Counted from the whole stretch's first letter, positions 35,836 to 50,610 are shown. The stretch: DNA of 52,679 nucleotides, filler included, from Squatina squatina (GCA_031763465.1; 3 parts of 3 records of this genome joined end to end with filler, not necessarily neighbours in it), one strand, 5' to 3'. Translations and numbers: made by a program. The notes: generated by a model from the sequence alone, not told the origin.

Positions 35836-36750
35836 CATCATGTGTTTTGATGTACCAATAGATGAAACTGGTAAACTCAGACATGTGCAGTGCCCTACAG
35901 CCTGATCTCCCTTTACATTGCTTGTAGATAATTTGGGTAAGATTGTAATGTTTAGCTACTAACCTGGCCTGTCTCTTTAAGGACAGTGCTCAAGTACTCT
36001 GTATGGTGAAGTGCTGTAAAAATGAGACATCCGAAGGTCAAAAAAACTCGTTACTGTTACATTTGGACATTTCTCTTGAGTAAAAGTTACTTGGCTCCTT
36101 TCTTGGGAAGAGGCATGGTAAGGTCAGAAATATCAGCAGGAAATGGCTGGCTTCCTTTTTCTTTTTTGTATTCTTGAGATTATTTTGCCCTGTAACTGAG
36201 TGCGATATTTGAAGTGTGTGAAGGTGATGAGGGGAAACATTAGCAGAGAAATGTGGCAAGCAAAATGCTCTCTTTATCAAAACAGCAGTTCCTCATGAGG
36301 AAAAGCCTTTAAAGTATGTAAGTGTTTTGGTTCAGCCTGTAAAAAAAAATCTCCTGTATATGTCCATATACAGATCATTATCTCATCCCTGGCATCAAAT
36401 TAGATGATAAAGTGTAAAAATGAACCACTAAACACCACAGGACTGTATCAGTTCTGTTGCACAAGCAGGAAGTTCTGCAAAATCTTCTCAACCAATTTTA
36501 ACAGCTATATTTGCATGTCAGCTAATCCAGTAATAGATTAGCTGCAGCACTGGCTGAGAACCATGCCTGTAAAGTAGTTACCCTAGAACTGTCCTCTTTA
36601 AACTAATAGCTTTTCAAGGTGAATGTTTGCTTGGGCAAGCAGTGTATTCANNNNNNNNNNNNNNNNNNNNNNNNNNNNNNNNNNNNNNNNNNNNNNNNNN
36701 NNNNNNNNNNNNNNNNNNNNNNNNNNNNNNNNNNNNNNNNNNNNNNNNNN

Positions 36751-36925
36751 CAAAAAATTCCAGTAGATTTGTCAAGCATGATTTCCCTTTCGTAAATCCA
36801 TGTTGACTTTGTCCGATCCGGTCACTGCTTTCCAAGTGCTCTGCTATTACATCTTTTATAATGGACTCTAGCATTTTCCCCTCTACCGATGTCAGGCTAC
36901 AATTCCCTGTTTTCTCTCGACCTCA
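36751..36925 (-). mobile_element. CR1 LINE RT fragment
   Basis: Encodes MLESIIKDVIAEHLESSDRIGQSQHGFTKGKSCLTNLLEFF, an RT N-terminal motif. Confidence 0.9.
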
Positions 36926-39739
36926 TTTTTTTTTTTAAATAGTTGGGCAACCTGAACCCAAATATAAAACCTGAAATTCACTGCATCACTAGTCTAAGTC
37001 TGTGTAAATTGTATTCTTATAGTCTCTTTTATTTCAGTTCTTTAAGCAACACATACTATTCACTATTATTTGGTGAAATGTGTTTTGTACCTACCTCTGC
37101 AATCCTAAAGACTGGGCTTATTGTTATACAATGCAGCTTTGTAGCCAATTAGTTACTAAACAAGTCTTTACTGTGACAAGGTATCAAGGGGAAAATTATA
37201 GACTGAACATTAAGATTAACATATAGAAAAAGAAAGAGTGCCTCTGTTATTTAACAATGTTCACATTTATAATTAAGCTGAATATATTTAACTCACGGCT
37301 GTCCTTTGAGTGTATTCAAATAAACTTTTCTGAATCACACTATTTTTACACAGAACGTAGATTCTTATCTTGAAACTGGCATTTTTGCAAAGTTTAAACA
37401 GCGTCCTCAAAACATTAGATGTCTCTTATTAAAATAGTTATCAGGCAGCCATCTTTCAAATGTAGGTACAGTTTGTAAGACAGTTGCTCGATAACCAATT
37501 TATCACTGGGAGAACAGACCTTTAAGGCTTCAGAAATGCATGTATTCTACAAACACTTTGGTGAAATGTCTGTGTTATGACTAACACAGTGACTCTAACT
37601 GCTATATATATTCAAGACAGGAATTTTACAGCTTGTGGCTATCACAGCATCAAAGTGTCCTTGTCATCTCTTTGGTTAATTTAAATGTAAGCCAACATAA
37701 AATATTCACATAATTCTTTAGTGTTTTAATAAGAACACTGTGGAATCTATATTTAATAATCTTGACTATACAGCCGATGCAGGCCAGGAAAAAGGATACT
37801 GTCTTCCTGACAAAGGATCCCAGTCTGAAACAGCAGTTAGCTATTTTTAGATTCCTAGCATGTATTACATAGTTAAGTACATGCACATGGTCCAGTATAT
37901 TCTTGAAACTTCAACAACAGTTTCAGTGTTTTGGCACTAAAGCCCTTTTCTGGAGAAATTATCAGATCAGATCNNNNNNNNNNNNNNNNNNNNNNNNNNN
38001 NNNCAAGTTTATTTGCTGCAGAATTGTTAAGGCAGGGACTTTTGGATTCGTGTTAATGCAGAACTTCTATGTTATGCACAAGACTTTAAAGCTCAAAAAG
38101 ATTTCCTTCATGTTTTAGCTCCAAATGAGTGCAAGAAACCTGGCATGTTACATCTTTTGTAAATTAAAATGTTGACAAGAATTACGAGAGGACTGGCACA
38201 TTGCCTTTAGGCAGGGAGCACCTGTTTTTAATGTCAGTGTTGGATTGAATCTCAGAGATCATATATCAGCAACTATACTTTACAGACACTACTCAGCCTA
38301 ACCTCTAGACTACACTGACAAAGGCTTAATGTTTAACTTTTTGACTGCATTCCTGTATTAGCAAGAAGGGAAAAAGGGCGAGAAAGAGGGACAAAGGAAA
38401 AAAAGGAACCGGAATGAATGAAGGAGTAACAATAAAATAAAGAACCTACAATTTTGGCAGTTAGTTTTTTCACTGTCTGGAATGCAGCTCTGACTTGTTG
38501 GTGATGTCATGCTGCTTGTGTACTGTAATTTATAAAACTATTTCGCATTCCTTTATGAGATACAGATCTTTTCTTAATAAAATCACTTTTGCAGTGGTTT
38601 CTGCTTCTTTTATTGGTGACTGGTACTGACTCTATTATAAAAAAACAAGCGCAGTGTCTCATTTAAATGGATGAGAAACACAGCTTGCAAACTGATAACA
38701 TGTTGGCAGCCAACATGAGTGAGATCCTGAATCACATTTTGCAGTAACACCTTTATTGTAATTCATCAACTGGGTCAGTAATGGTGATCATCTGTGCTGT
38801 GACCTGATTCTGAATTTTTTTTAAACTGCTTTTGTTTCACAAAAGGGAAGTTGTCAAACTGTCAGCAAGTAACTGCACAACATCATCGTGATCATTTTAG
38901 TATGCAGGAGGTGTATTCCGAATTTCATGGCAGACCACCACACCCATATTCTGTGGGCACTTGGCAGCAGTGACTAGTGGAGGAACTACTGAGACTATCT
39001 TATGACATGTTGATGATTTTTAGTGTATGCATTGTCAGTGTGGAGCCTATTAGGGCGTTGGCACATTGAGCCTTTTTCAGCCAAAACTTCTATCAAGGCA
39101 TTTAATACAAAACTTCTTCAAATAGCTCAAATAAACTTAACTCAATGGATAAAGTGTTTTCATGTTATTGCCAGTCAGGTAGTGACAATAACAGGGTTTC
39201 ATTCCAGTGTGCTGTAGATGCTTAGAGAAACAATTAAGAGGAATCGTGATCCTATANNNNNNNNNNNNNNNNNNNNNNNNNNNNNNNNNNNNNNNNNNNN
39301 NNNNNNNNNNNNNNNNNNNNNNNNNNNNNNNNNNNNNNNNNNNNNNNNNNNNNNNNAAGAAAAAATGTTTTCCTTATGATTATCCATGTAGACTGGATCT
39401 GGGATCGATAACTAAGTTATAACAGTTTGTCATTGTATATAATATTGTAACTACACAAGTGAGAATCAGCACGATAGAGGTGCTGCCCGAGTCCATCACT
39501 ACAAATAACCTTTCCCCTCCTCTCCTTCTGGTATTGCCCTTGCCAAGGTACTTCCAGTCCCTCACCAAGTGCCCATTCTTCATGTGAGCCTAGACAGTGT
39601 TGGCAAGCTGTACGTTCATGGGCATCAAACGTCCATATGCATACACTTTCCAGCTGAGAGACTTGGACTAATTAGGTCGGTGAGCTCAGATACAGGAGTC
39701 AGATTTTAATCTGGATAAAAATGTCTGGTAATCCATATA

Positions 39740-40110
39740 GGAACAGGCAAAAATAAACAAGTGCATCAGCACCGGTTCAAAAAAGAAAAGGACTTGGAAG
39801 TGACCATCTCAAAAAACATCAAGACAGTGTGAAGCAGTTATCAATAAGGCAAATTGAGTACTGGGATGCATCGGGAGGGCATTGTAATACAAGGCAAGGC
39901 AAATTACACAGAAATAATACGGATCAATGAGGAGACCAATTCTGGTCACCCTAACTCAAACTGGATGTAGATGTGCGTTGGAAAGGGTTCAGGGAACAGT
40001 TACCAGGTTGACTCTTGGCTTTGAGTACTAAGTTTTGAAGAAAGGCTGAAACAGGTAAACTTATTTTCCTTGAAGAAAAAGTAGCAAAGTGACAAATAGA
40101 AATGATTTGT
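39740..40110 (+). mobile_element. Old degenerate CR1-like fragment
   Basis: Residual AAGGACTTGG..AATAAGGCAAAT..CTGGGATGCATC..AATTCTGGTCACC..TTGGAAAGGGTTCAG is collinear with younger CR1 copies. Confidence 0.55.
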
Positions 40111-40404
40111 ACTCTGAAATTTAAATAATAGGGAGCAAAGATAAAAACACTGGGGTGTCCTCGTTATTTTCCCCCTTCTCCCTATCCACCTCTGATTCTC
40201 TCTTTTCCTCTTTCCTCCAAAATAGAGCTCTCACTCAAGTCTCCAGTACCCAATGATGTCTGCATGCACATATAATAGACCTCACCATACTCTTTAATGC
40301 CCCATATGCTTTCTATTGTTTCGTTCAGATGAGTGGAGGTGTTGAAAATATATGTACATTCACTGTGAATCTCCTGGTGGTTCAGCAAATTTATTCGCTG
40401 GGTT

Positions 40405-40700
40405 TTTGAGGCATACAGAGCAGAAATGTTCCAGGTTAAAACCCTGGTGAGCTGAGTTAACGGATATCAGCCAGTATGGCCATGGGAGTGCTATAAATGG
40501 CCTCACTTAGGGAGGGGAGAATTGGCTAGTGTTCTCGCTCCTGATAACTACCCTGCCAGCAATGCATGTAGGACGAGGTCAGGCTTAGCTGTAATGCCGA
40601 GGTTTTATTTTATATTTTATTCAACCATGATTGAACAAGCTGCTAACAATTAATGTCAAGGTTCATGCATGAATAATGTTAATATGGGTGAGATACAGGA
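40405..40700 (+). mobile_element. AmnSINE2-like SINE
   Basis: CATACAGA..CCAGGTT..CTGAGTTA..TCAGCCAG..GGCCTCA..TAGGGAGGGGAGAAT..GCTCCTGAT..CATGAATAATG is collinear with other copies. Confidence 0.55.
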
Positions 40701-41754
40701 GACTGTGGAACCGGAGAGGGGAGAATTTTTAAAAAAATGTGCAGTTACCAACAAATTTCCGTCTCAGTCTCTGTTTATGTAAATGAGGAAGTGACTGCAA
40801 AGTTTCTATTAGGTTTGGCAGAGTGAAATCATATTAGTAAGAATTGCTCGGAAACTCACTATTTAACATTTACTGACTTAGATTTACTTATAGACTATTC
40901 AATATTTACTGACTTAGAAAACACAGTAACAATTAGATTGGCGAATTAATTTTGGTGCCATCAATAATGAGGTTTAACTGTTTTTAAACTTGCAGCCTGT
41001 TGATACTGGGAGATCATATTAATTCAAACTGAATGTGATCTCTCATTGCCCATTCTGGCTTAATCTTGTTCGTATGCTGTTGGTATCAAATTACCAAGCC
41101 AGTACATCCATGTGCTATAGCTTTTCTTGAGCTAGAAAATGACCACAGAGTCAAATGAGACTGTTTACACTAACTGTTTGTTACAAATATGTGGAGATAA
41201 AGCCAATCTGAATTTGAAATATATTGGCTTGTAACCAGCTCTAAACAGGCCTAGAAATGTCATTACCTCAGACTAGCATTGAAGTAAATGACTGCACTGT
41301 TTGCAGTTTTACTGTTAATCCACTCTGTTCACCACAAATGGGAAGTTAGAACAGCAATGTAAACAAGGATAAAATGTAACAAATAGGTCATGGACAAAAT
41401 ATCAGACTGTTATGACTTATTTTTCCTATAAGTGGCAATTACGCTCAATAGACTGCGATCACTTTAATGCACTGTTTTTCCACTTTGTTCCTGCAGAATT
41501 TGTAAAATTTTGTTTTCTCATGGTTTCTCCAGTTATAGGTTTCCGCTCAGCTTCCTCTTTTTGCTGCCATGCTTCCTCTTCTGGAAATGCTGTTTATTAC
41601 TGTTTGGTGCAGAGTATTGTAAATCCTACACGTATAAGGTTGGAGGTCTGTCTCAGCAATGTACGTCAAAGTGATACGAATTCAGTCTATTGGGCATCAA
41701 AACATTACAGGATGTGAATGTGAATGGTCCATTGGAATTTCACTTCATGGGTTC

Positions 41755-41998
41755 CCCCAGTGGCTTAACCAATTTATTCAATTGGTTGAGTAATGGAGCC
41801 ATACAGACCAGGAAGGTCCTCGGCTCAATCCATAGTCTGTACTCGATTAGTTGGTCTCAGCTGAGCTGGCAGTAGAGGTGTTACAAATGGCTTTGGTGCC
41901 TCTGGCTGAAAGTGTTTATATCAGGTGAGCACAGAGTCATGCTTGGCTGTGATGCCTCCTGTGGTGAACAGCCTGCTGAGACTCACCAATGAATAATG
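41755..41998 (+). mobile_element. AmnSINE2-like SINE
   Basis: GAGCCATACAGACCAGGAAGGTCC...TCTCAGCTG...GGCTGTGATGCC...AACAGCCTGCTGAGACTCAC. Confidence 0.6.
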
Positions 41999-44900
41999 NN
42001 NNNNNNNNNNNNNNNNNNNNNNNNNNNNNNNNNNNNNNNNNNNNNNNNNNNNNNNNNNNNNNNNNNNNNNNNNNNNNNNNNNNNNNNNNNNNNNNNNNCG
42101 ATCCCAGGGCTGAGGGTTTGTATGAGGGGTGGTGTCTGATGGTGGGGGGACTTGGGGGGCTGGGAGGTAGCACTCCTGCTCTTTCTGAGCCCACTAAGGA
42201 ATTTTTTTTCACTTACCATCAATGCTGGATTCCCGACAGCTTTACCGGGTGGGGTAGCCATAGAGGAGACCTTGCTCAGGAAGGGGCTAATGCACATCAC
42301 GGACCCCAATTTATGTTTATTAGTGAGGTTCCTGACATAGTCTGGGAGGAAAATATGAATAGGTTTGCATTCTTACTGAGCATAAATGTCACTCCTTATG
42401 TTCCCCAATGTTATGAGCTCTGAGATTCCTCTTTTGTAATGTAAAGGCCATCCTGATGGGCTCCAGGAAATATCCTTTTTTGTAACCTCCTATTTACAAA
42501 TAAACTCCATTGGAGATGGATTATTATGATGTGGCCCAGGAAGCACATATGTTAAAATGTGAGGCTACATAACTGTGTTGAAGAAAGTCTGCATATAAAC
42601 TGATTCTAAATCCAAACTGAACCATTGTTAGTTTATTTTTAATCTTATATTGTCAAATCAGTAAGGAAGTGGAAGCACTGATTTTTCTTTGTGTGTAGTG
42701 TTTTTTTGTCGAGTGCATAACCTAGCACACAGAATGATTTTAACACAAAGACAGCTCATGCACTTATCCTGACTGTAAAAGATTAAAATTACAGTAGATT
42801 TTACTTGCAGCTGCTATGTAACTGAAAATAAATGCTGGCTCATACCCTCAATAAAAAAAACAGCTTTCAAATGCTGCATCATATACATTCAGTGCGACTC
42901 ATGAACTATATTTTCACAGACTGAAGTCAGCTGTGTTGAAAATACAAACAAATGTCAGTAGATTTCCATGAAAAGAATATATAGCACATCTGTTAAATAT
43001 ACCTATACAAGGATAGAATTAGCTAAGACAACAGAATGATACATGAAATTTCAACGTAACATGTCAAGATTGGAAAGGCTTATAAGAAAGCTAGGTCAAA
43101 CGCAAATTTTATTAAGGCTGTACAATATGATTGTATTCATAAATGGCAGATGGCAGGCTGTTACCTTAGAAGTTAGATTATCCTCCATTTTGTTTGGCTT
43201 GAGCACATACACAGATGCAAGCCATTCTTACATGAAACATTGACTGTATGAAATTTTGGGCCAAAACATACATTTTGTTTCCCCTCAGCAATGCATAAAC
43301 TTGGGGATTTGATCAGATTAGCAATCAACAGGAACTTCATACTTTATATCTTTAAAAATTAATTTAATATCGATGTTGTTGAACTTTCTTTGCTTTTATT
43401 CGACAATTGGAAAGAATATTTATAGTTATGTTTGGCCATAGTCCGACACGATATTCATCACAAATGTTAATGGTGTAACTTTTTCAGCAGAATAAATATA
43501 CATAATGTTTATATTTGAACAAAAGCTGCCCTAGAAAATATTTTGTGCTGTTTATTTTTGCTGCATATTTTTTTCTATAATTCATAAAATGCTTTCTTTT
43601 TGTGGCATCGGAAAATTATAATGTAATGACCACTAACAATGTTCAGGAAGATATTGATGCTTTTTAGAGGTCATCTTTTTAAAAGCAAAAACTTATTGAT
43701 TTAGAATACAAATTATGCTGGATATGGTAATACTTTATTTGTGAATTTTGAAAAATTGAAACCCAAAAATCAAAACTCCTAACAAGATTCGACATATTCA
43801 GATCTATTTCTTTCCATTGATTGGGCTCTGATCTTTCCAATTATTTAAAGAATGGAAATTTTTTGCTGAATTTAAATATATCCCCATCTTTATGCTTCAG
43901 CGGAAAGGATGAGAGATTTATTTTATTACAAGCCAAATTGTATTTAGGCTTGTCTGATATGATATAACAATAGAAATATATTCAAGTGCATTTCCTAGTG
44001 GAAAAAATACAGACAACTGAATTGTATTAGAGAAAGTCTGAAATCTGTAACTACCTTCCTACAATAGTTACCATAAATCAATGTATGAAATTGTATGAAT
44101 GCAGCTTTTCTATGAACCTTGGAATTTGATTTATGTTCATACAATTTACAAATTTTTAAAAGCCAGCTGGCATTAAAAATCACTGGTGTAGTCATGTTTT
44201 ATAGTAACTATATATTTATGTAGGCTTATTTTGAATTATTTCATTTTGAACCCCCTCCTCAAAAAACTAGGAGAAAAAAAAAGATATTAGGATTTTTGAC
44301 TTTCAAGCCATGAATTTTTGTTTTAATCAGAATATTCACTTGCCAGCTTCCAAAATGACAGCTGCTTCGGACTCTGCTATAGTTTTTGCAATATTGCTGA
44401 TTTTGGATTGTTTAAAAAATGTTGGCTTTTAATAGATTCTTCGATAATAAGATCATACTATTTAAACTCTTCAGAAATAGTGATGCTAAATAGAATATGC
44501 AGACATGATTCACCTCAATCTTTGGCACTGGCAAGTGGGCATATTTGCTATTGATAACAGCTCAGGTTTTACCAATGATGTCTTTGCACTGTGAGGTTTG
44601 TACTAAGTGCAAACTAACCNNNNNNNNNNAATCATTGACACAAAATCATACAATCTAGAAAAAGACGCAGCTGATCAGCTATATTGAAATTGCATCTCCT
44701 AATTATAACAAAACTAGCACAGCATGATTTCATTTGGCTTTGGGAATTTGGGATTACACCAAGGTAGCAATACTACATTTTTGGAAAGGCATTTTTGGCT
44801 GAATTTAGTGTTGTTGCAATTCTGAAAGCATAGCATAACCAGAGTCTAGCTGGTTGTGGATGGAGTACAAGTTGTTCCAACAATTACTTACCCTTTTACT

Positions 44901-45039
44901 GTTCCCAACAAGAGAACACAATGCTTTAACACAGTGGTGTCATCTGAATACTCAACCTACAATAACGCTCACTAATTAACAATAACAACTCTTTACTTAG
45001 CACATTTAATATAGCAAAATGTCCCAAAAGAACTTAGAT

Positions 45040-45744
45040 GCCAGACCTGAGCAGGAGTAAAAGGGGAGTTTAAAGGCGGTGCCTGAAATCACAGTTGAAG
45101 AGGAAGGTTTTATGAAGGGGAGAAGTTGGAGAGAAATGTTGGAAAGTGTGTGGGTAAAATGGTTGAAGCCTCTAATAGTAGAGCAATAGACCAGTGGCAG
45201 TGTGCAGGTGGAGATGGAGTTTGTAGAGGTAGGAAGGTGCAAGGCCATTGAAGGGAATAGTGGGCATTTTAAAATTGATGTACTAAGGAATGAGAGCCGA
45301 TGGAGTTTGGGAAGAATTGGGAGCGGGATTTTGTGCAGAATAGGATACAGAGTTGTGGGTGAGTTTGAGTTTATGCAAGGGGGAGCTTGGAAGGCCAGCG
45401 AGAAAGTTGCAAGAAAAATAGAGGCTATAAGTAATAGAAGCATCACTGAGGATTTCAGCGGCAGTGGGTAAGGTATGGAACCTCAGGCTACACTAGAGGT
45501 GACTACCATTGCAGGACACGAACAGATAGGAGTGGGCCAAGAGAGGATAGTTCCATGCAAGTAGAACATGGAGGAGAGGTGGTGGAAGAAGGAGGTATGA
45601 TCAATCATTTTGCAGACCATCGTATCATTGAGGAGTTTGAGGAGGGATAACACACCATTAACACAGAATGTCTTTGGTGACTTTGGACTATGGGAAGATG
45701 GGAACTATTTTAAGGGATTCTTTGTGGGAGAAATTAGCATGGAG
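45040..45744 (-). mobile_element. Old L2-like LINE remnant
   Basis: Purine-rich plus strand. Reverse complement gives KVTKDIL..GVLSLL.LL, resembling the L2 RT motif KVTNDIL...SLLVLLD, plus an L2-like 3' region. Confidence 0.55.
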
Positions 45745-47029
45745 NNNNNNNNNNNNNNNNNNNNNNNNNNNNNNNNNNNNNNNNNNNNNNNNNNNNNNNN
45801 NNNNNNNNNNNNNNNNNNNNNNNNNNNNNNNNNNNNNNNNNNNNNNNNNGCCCAACACACTATTTGACCACAGAAACATCGCAGCCGAGTTTGAAGCTGT
45901 TCACTGCATCACAATCAGGAGCAGAATCCCTGACCAAATTTCTTTTCATTCTTCCAAAAGTGGTGTGGAAAATGCTCCCCTGCATGAGATCAGCTAATTC
46001 AACACGGAGTAAGGTTTGAGTCTGGGACCTCCCAGGTTTTAATAGCCCTACTGCACACTTGCTTATCAAACTGAGCTATTGGGAAAATATGGCAAATTTT
46101 TTTTCAACAGTCCTAATACTACTATTATTTATTAGTATTTCTCTGGAAGCTGCTTGGTGTTTGATATAAATCATTATTATTTTCACAATGCATAAAAAGT
46201 GATATTTGACTGCCGCAACTGCAGCCATGATTTACTTTGTGTGAATGAAAAGCAGAAATATTAGATGGAAATGTTATCCTTGAAACAGGTTCCGCAACTC
46301 TTCATTTTAATAAAGCCACAGATGTACAATGGAAAAAGGTGCTCTACTTTCACACCAGGCCTCTTAATTCATTTGTTGTTTTGTCACTTGTGACATAAGA
46401 TTTTTATCATACTTTTACAAAAAAAATCAGCAAAGCACCAAATGAAACCCTGTGTTTCATTTTCTTTATGTAACTCAAAACACTGTGGTATAATATCCTA
46501 CTGCAAAAGCCAGGAATCCTCTGTGGGCTGACAGTATAAAAGAGCATGGTAAAGGAAGGAAGCAAAGGACAAAGGGAGAGATCAATTTTGCAGAACAAAA
46601 TCCTCCCCAGCAGGCCACGTTGTATATCAGGTCACCACAAGAATTCAGTTTAGTCTGGGGCAATGCACTTCTGCTAAAAGAAAGGGGGGAAATCTTTACA
46701 TTCTCTTACAAAAGTGCATTTATACATTGCATAAATACTTGCAGCTGCTTGTTGCTCACTAATACATGAAGCACTTACAGCTGCAATGGGAACAGGTGCT
46801 GGATTACTCCATTTTAGTGATTAAGCCAATTCATTGCTAGTTACCCTGCACACCACACACTCTACGTGTACGGTCCGTGTTTTATCCAGCTGAATGAAAA
46901 CTATTTGCATGGAAGATGTATTCCATTTATACAGCTCCTGTACCTATCTGAGATTCTAAGCAAATGCACATCAGCTATTTAGCCGCCAGCACACATTGTC
47001 TAATACTCTGGGATTTTCGCAGTGTCAAC

Positions 47030-47352
47030 CGTGATTCAGTGGTAGCACTCTTGTCTCTGAGACAGAAGGCTGTGGGTTCAAGTCTTGCGCCAGAGACTTG
47101 AGAGCAAGGTTGTTACACAAGATTATGGCTCTTGGGACTGGGGGTAATGTATTAGCATGGATTGAGAATTGATTAACAGACAGAAAAGAGAGAGTAGGAA
47201 TAACGGGGTCATTTTCGGGATGGCAGGGTGTAACTAGTGGAGTTCCGCAGGGATCTGTGCTTGGGTCTCAGCTATTTACAATCTGTATCAATGACTTAGA
47301 TGAGGGAATGGAGTGTAATATATCCAATTGTGCTGACGGTACAAAGCTAGGT
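47030..47352 (+). mobile_element. Deu-SINE tRNA head (47030-47102) fused to a CR1 RT fragment
   Basis: GGTAGCACTCTTGTCTCTGAGACAGAAGGCTGTGGGTTCAAGTC matches 18055-18112. It is followed by [31 protein letters not shown]. Confidence 0.85.
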
Positions 47353-50300
47353 NNNNNNNNNNNNNNNNNNNNNNNNNNNNNNNNNNNNNNNNNNNNNNNN
47401 NNNNNNNNNNNNNNNNNNNNNNNNNNNNNNNNNNNNNNNNNNNNNNNNNNNNCATATGGATTGTGGTCAGTTACAGATGTGTGCTTGAGCCAAGATTGGC
47501 ACTGGCCAGCACTTGTGCACATCTGAGCCCCAGCAAGACAGCCCATTAGATGCTAATTATTCTTTTCTGATTGTCTATTATTTTGTATAATTCGGATATA
47601 TACAACTCCTATATTTTATATTGTCTCTAACCCAATGGCTGTAATCTGCATGAGCTTGAGTGGGCTGCAAAGGTAAGGCTACTGGTAATGAAAAACAGTA
47701 TGTGTGTGTGTGGTGTCAGAGACAAGGCATTTTAATGGATGTCTGATTTCAGTTGACAAAAATCTACATGTTCTAATGTGAGAAGTGCCAAAATATATGG
47801 AAATCATTTTGAGAAGTTATAGTGTGATAAAGGATATGTAAAGATAAAATAATGTATATTGTCAATTTCAAGCAATTTGCATTCCTAGATATAGTTAGAG
47901 ACTAAGATGTATCAGGACTGTTCTGAAGCAGCTGGTGATAATGTGTTTAAAAAATGTGCCACATCAAGGGCCTGAACACTGNNNNNNNNNNNNNNNNNNN
48001 NNNNNNNNNNNNNNNNNNGAATAATTGGCATGTAACCTCCTCTATTATTAGTGCAGACAGACATGTGAATTAGCTAAAAGGCTGCAGCATATGCCATACA
48101 TTAAGGTACTCCTTACAAATCAAGGCTCTTTTAGTTCTTCAAACACCTTGTCCAATTCCTAGACTTCTAATCATTATTTTTCACAACCAACTTTGCTTGA
48201 TAAATGTATGCAATGCAAATGATTATTTCAGAATACACTGTGAAGAGTGTAACATGATTAGTCATCTTTCCCATGTTATTCTGAACTTTTGAGTTATTTT
48301 AACACACATCTCAAGTCAATTGTGCTTTCTAAATTGAATATTTAATGTAAATTTGTTTCGCAAGAATAATTGGTATCTCATTGAAAGCATGTAAATAGGC
48401 CAGTTCTCCATTTGAATAAAGAGAAAAGGGAAGGACTGTGAAGAGAAGCTTATCAAAGCCAGTGCTTGTTGTTTAAATGATAACCACCCTGCAATCCAGT
48501 ATAAGCATATGAATTGGTTGATCTAATCAATTTGCAGTAACATATCTTAATTAGGTTGTGCGGAATGAGTCACATGAATGAGAATGAGAACAGGGTTTTG
48601 AGAAATGGGTCAAAAGTTTATCCCAGCAAAAAAGTTCAGTGTGATAGAGAGTAAATTGTATGGGATCAGCTTGTGCTTGTGCATCATTAAATAATCACCA
48701 CCGTTTTTTTGAAATGTTTGCATACTGCTGTCCAAGCCTTCAAGTAACATATACCTGTGAATCTGTTTGGAAAGATTGCATATGACAGATAATATCAAAA
48801 GTATTGGAATTCTCTCTGGAACAGTAACAAATGGTACCTTTGGTTAGAGTAATATTTTATTACATGGCAGTTCTAGAAAGCTTTGAGGCTTCTTCCTTCC
48901 AGAGTATCAAACAACTGATAATTGTCAATTCAAAATGGGGTTGATCACAATGGGATTTCTTTGGGTCCCTTGGTCCTTTCTGTACTTAATTTATGCATTT
49001 TTGCACAGTGGACAAAATAAAAAAAAATTTAAATTCTAGGCAAACCTCACAAAAAGATTTTGAATCCATTCTTGAGTACTGTTTTTCATCACCTGCTAAT
49101 TTAGTGTATTCTGGCAAGGAAGATTACAACTCAAGCCTAAACATTATCAAGCCGGTGTTTTTTCAATCTGAGGTGATGTGGCAGGACTCACCATGGTTTT
49201 AAACCTGTGCAGTTTATTAAACTGGGAAAGTAACAAGCAGATCTTTCCAACATATACCCTCATGATACATGTGGCATTACCAATAAGTACGAGATTTTGT
49301 TCCAGACATTTCTAAAGAACAGCTGTTGAATAATACATGCTGTAATACTTGTGGATCTACCTCTACCACACTCTGTTACTTAAATCAAACCAAATGGAAT
49401 GTAGTTAATGCACTTCTTGCAGCCAGGATCATGATGTTCTTATAAGCATTTGTTCAGAGCATTTATTTCATCTTTTAAACCTGCTAAATTGTTCAATATT
49501 GCCCATGCAATGCAGTTACAAAAACATTTAATGGAACCACCCTCGAATGGTGTTAAAAAATAAAGTAACCCTATCCTCACCTACATGTTTACCCAACCTA
49601 GAACTTTATGGCTTAAAGTGGTGTTTTCTCTACATTGGGGAACTCTCAGGAAAGCTCATTCCTGAACTAGCCGGCTGTAAAAATTCCTCTAAATGTCATT
49701 CTATTGGGCACCGGGGCTAAGTTCACGCTGCGATAGGCATGATATCTGAGGCATCGTGCAGTACATTTATTTTACTGTCTATTTAATCAAAATTCTGAAA
49801 ATATATAGGAAAGATACGATTGGTGATCCAATTATATATTCNNNNNNNNNNCACCATCACATTGTGTGCAAGGCTGTTTACAAATCTGGTAAAATGTTTT
49901 GTTAAAGAGACTTGTGAGGTACCTGCAGTTTGATTATTTGATATAAAATTCATAGAGCTAATACAATCAATAGTTCTTGTACATTCACAACGCTTCCTAA
50001 TTTACAAATTTGAAAAGGGGCAGCTGCACACGTCATCTGACATTTATCTGCATGATACAATTTGTCACAGTGTGATAAATGTAAATTCATCTAGAAATCA
50101 CTAAAGGCCAAATGTTGCATCAATTACTATTGTAGCTACTTGACAAACTGATTGTTGTGATTTGTGCATTAGGGATGTCCGCAGTTTGAATGTGGACATT
50201 ATTTGCAAACTGATGACTACTCATTGTGCTTCTCTGCTGTTTAGCTTAAAGGCATAGCACGCACGTCTTGGGCACACAGTAATTAAAGCTGCAATATCTT

Positions 50301-50364
50301 CATACAGGGAGGTGAGGAAAAGGCAGAGTTAGGTTAAAAAATGTTGCAGCTCCTCCAACAATTT

Positions 50365-50610
50365 TTGCTGGGCAAATGCTCTGCCTGGTGTGGTACTGAG
50401 TCACACAGACCAGGAAGGTGGCGAGGTTCAGTTTCTGGTCTATACTGAGNNNNNNNNNNGTTACAAGTGGCCCCCATGACTTTGGAGGGAGGAAACTCAA
50501 CTATGGTCCCCATTCTTGACTGCACTGTGTGCATGTTAACTGAGGCCACAACCATGCTCCCTCTTAATGACTCCATTGTGGCTTACACCTGACAATGGCC
50601 ACTTGAGGCA
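50365..50610 (+). mobile_element. AmnSINE2-like SINE fragment
   Basis: GGTACTGAGTCACACAGACCAGGAAGGT..GGTCTATACTGAG...AATGGCCACTTG. Confidence 0.55.

Noticed and set aside
41490-41590. Possible minus-strand exon encoding KRKHGSKKRKLSGNL* or EEAWQQKEEAERK
   Set aside because: Weak polypyrimidine tract, no good donor, and no recognisable homology.
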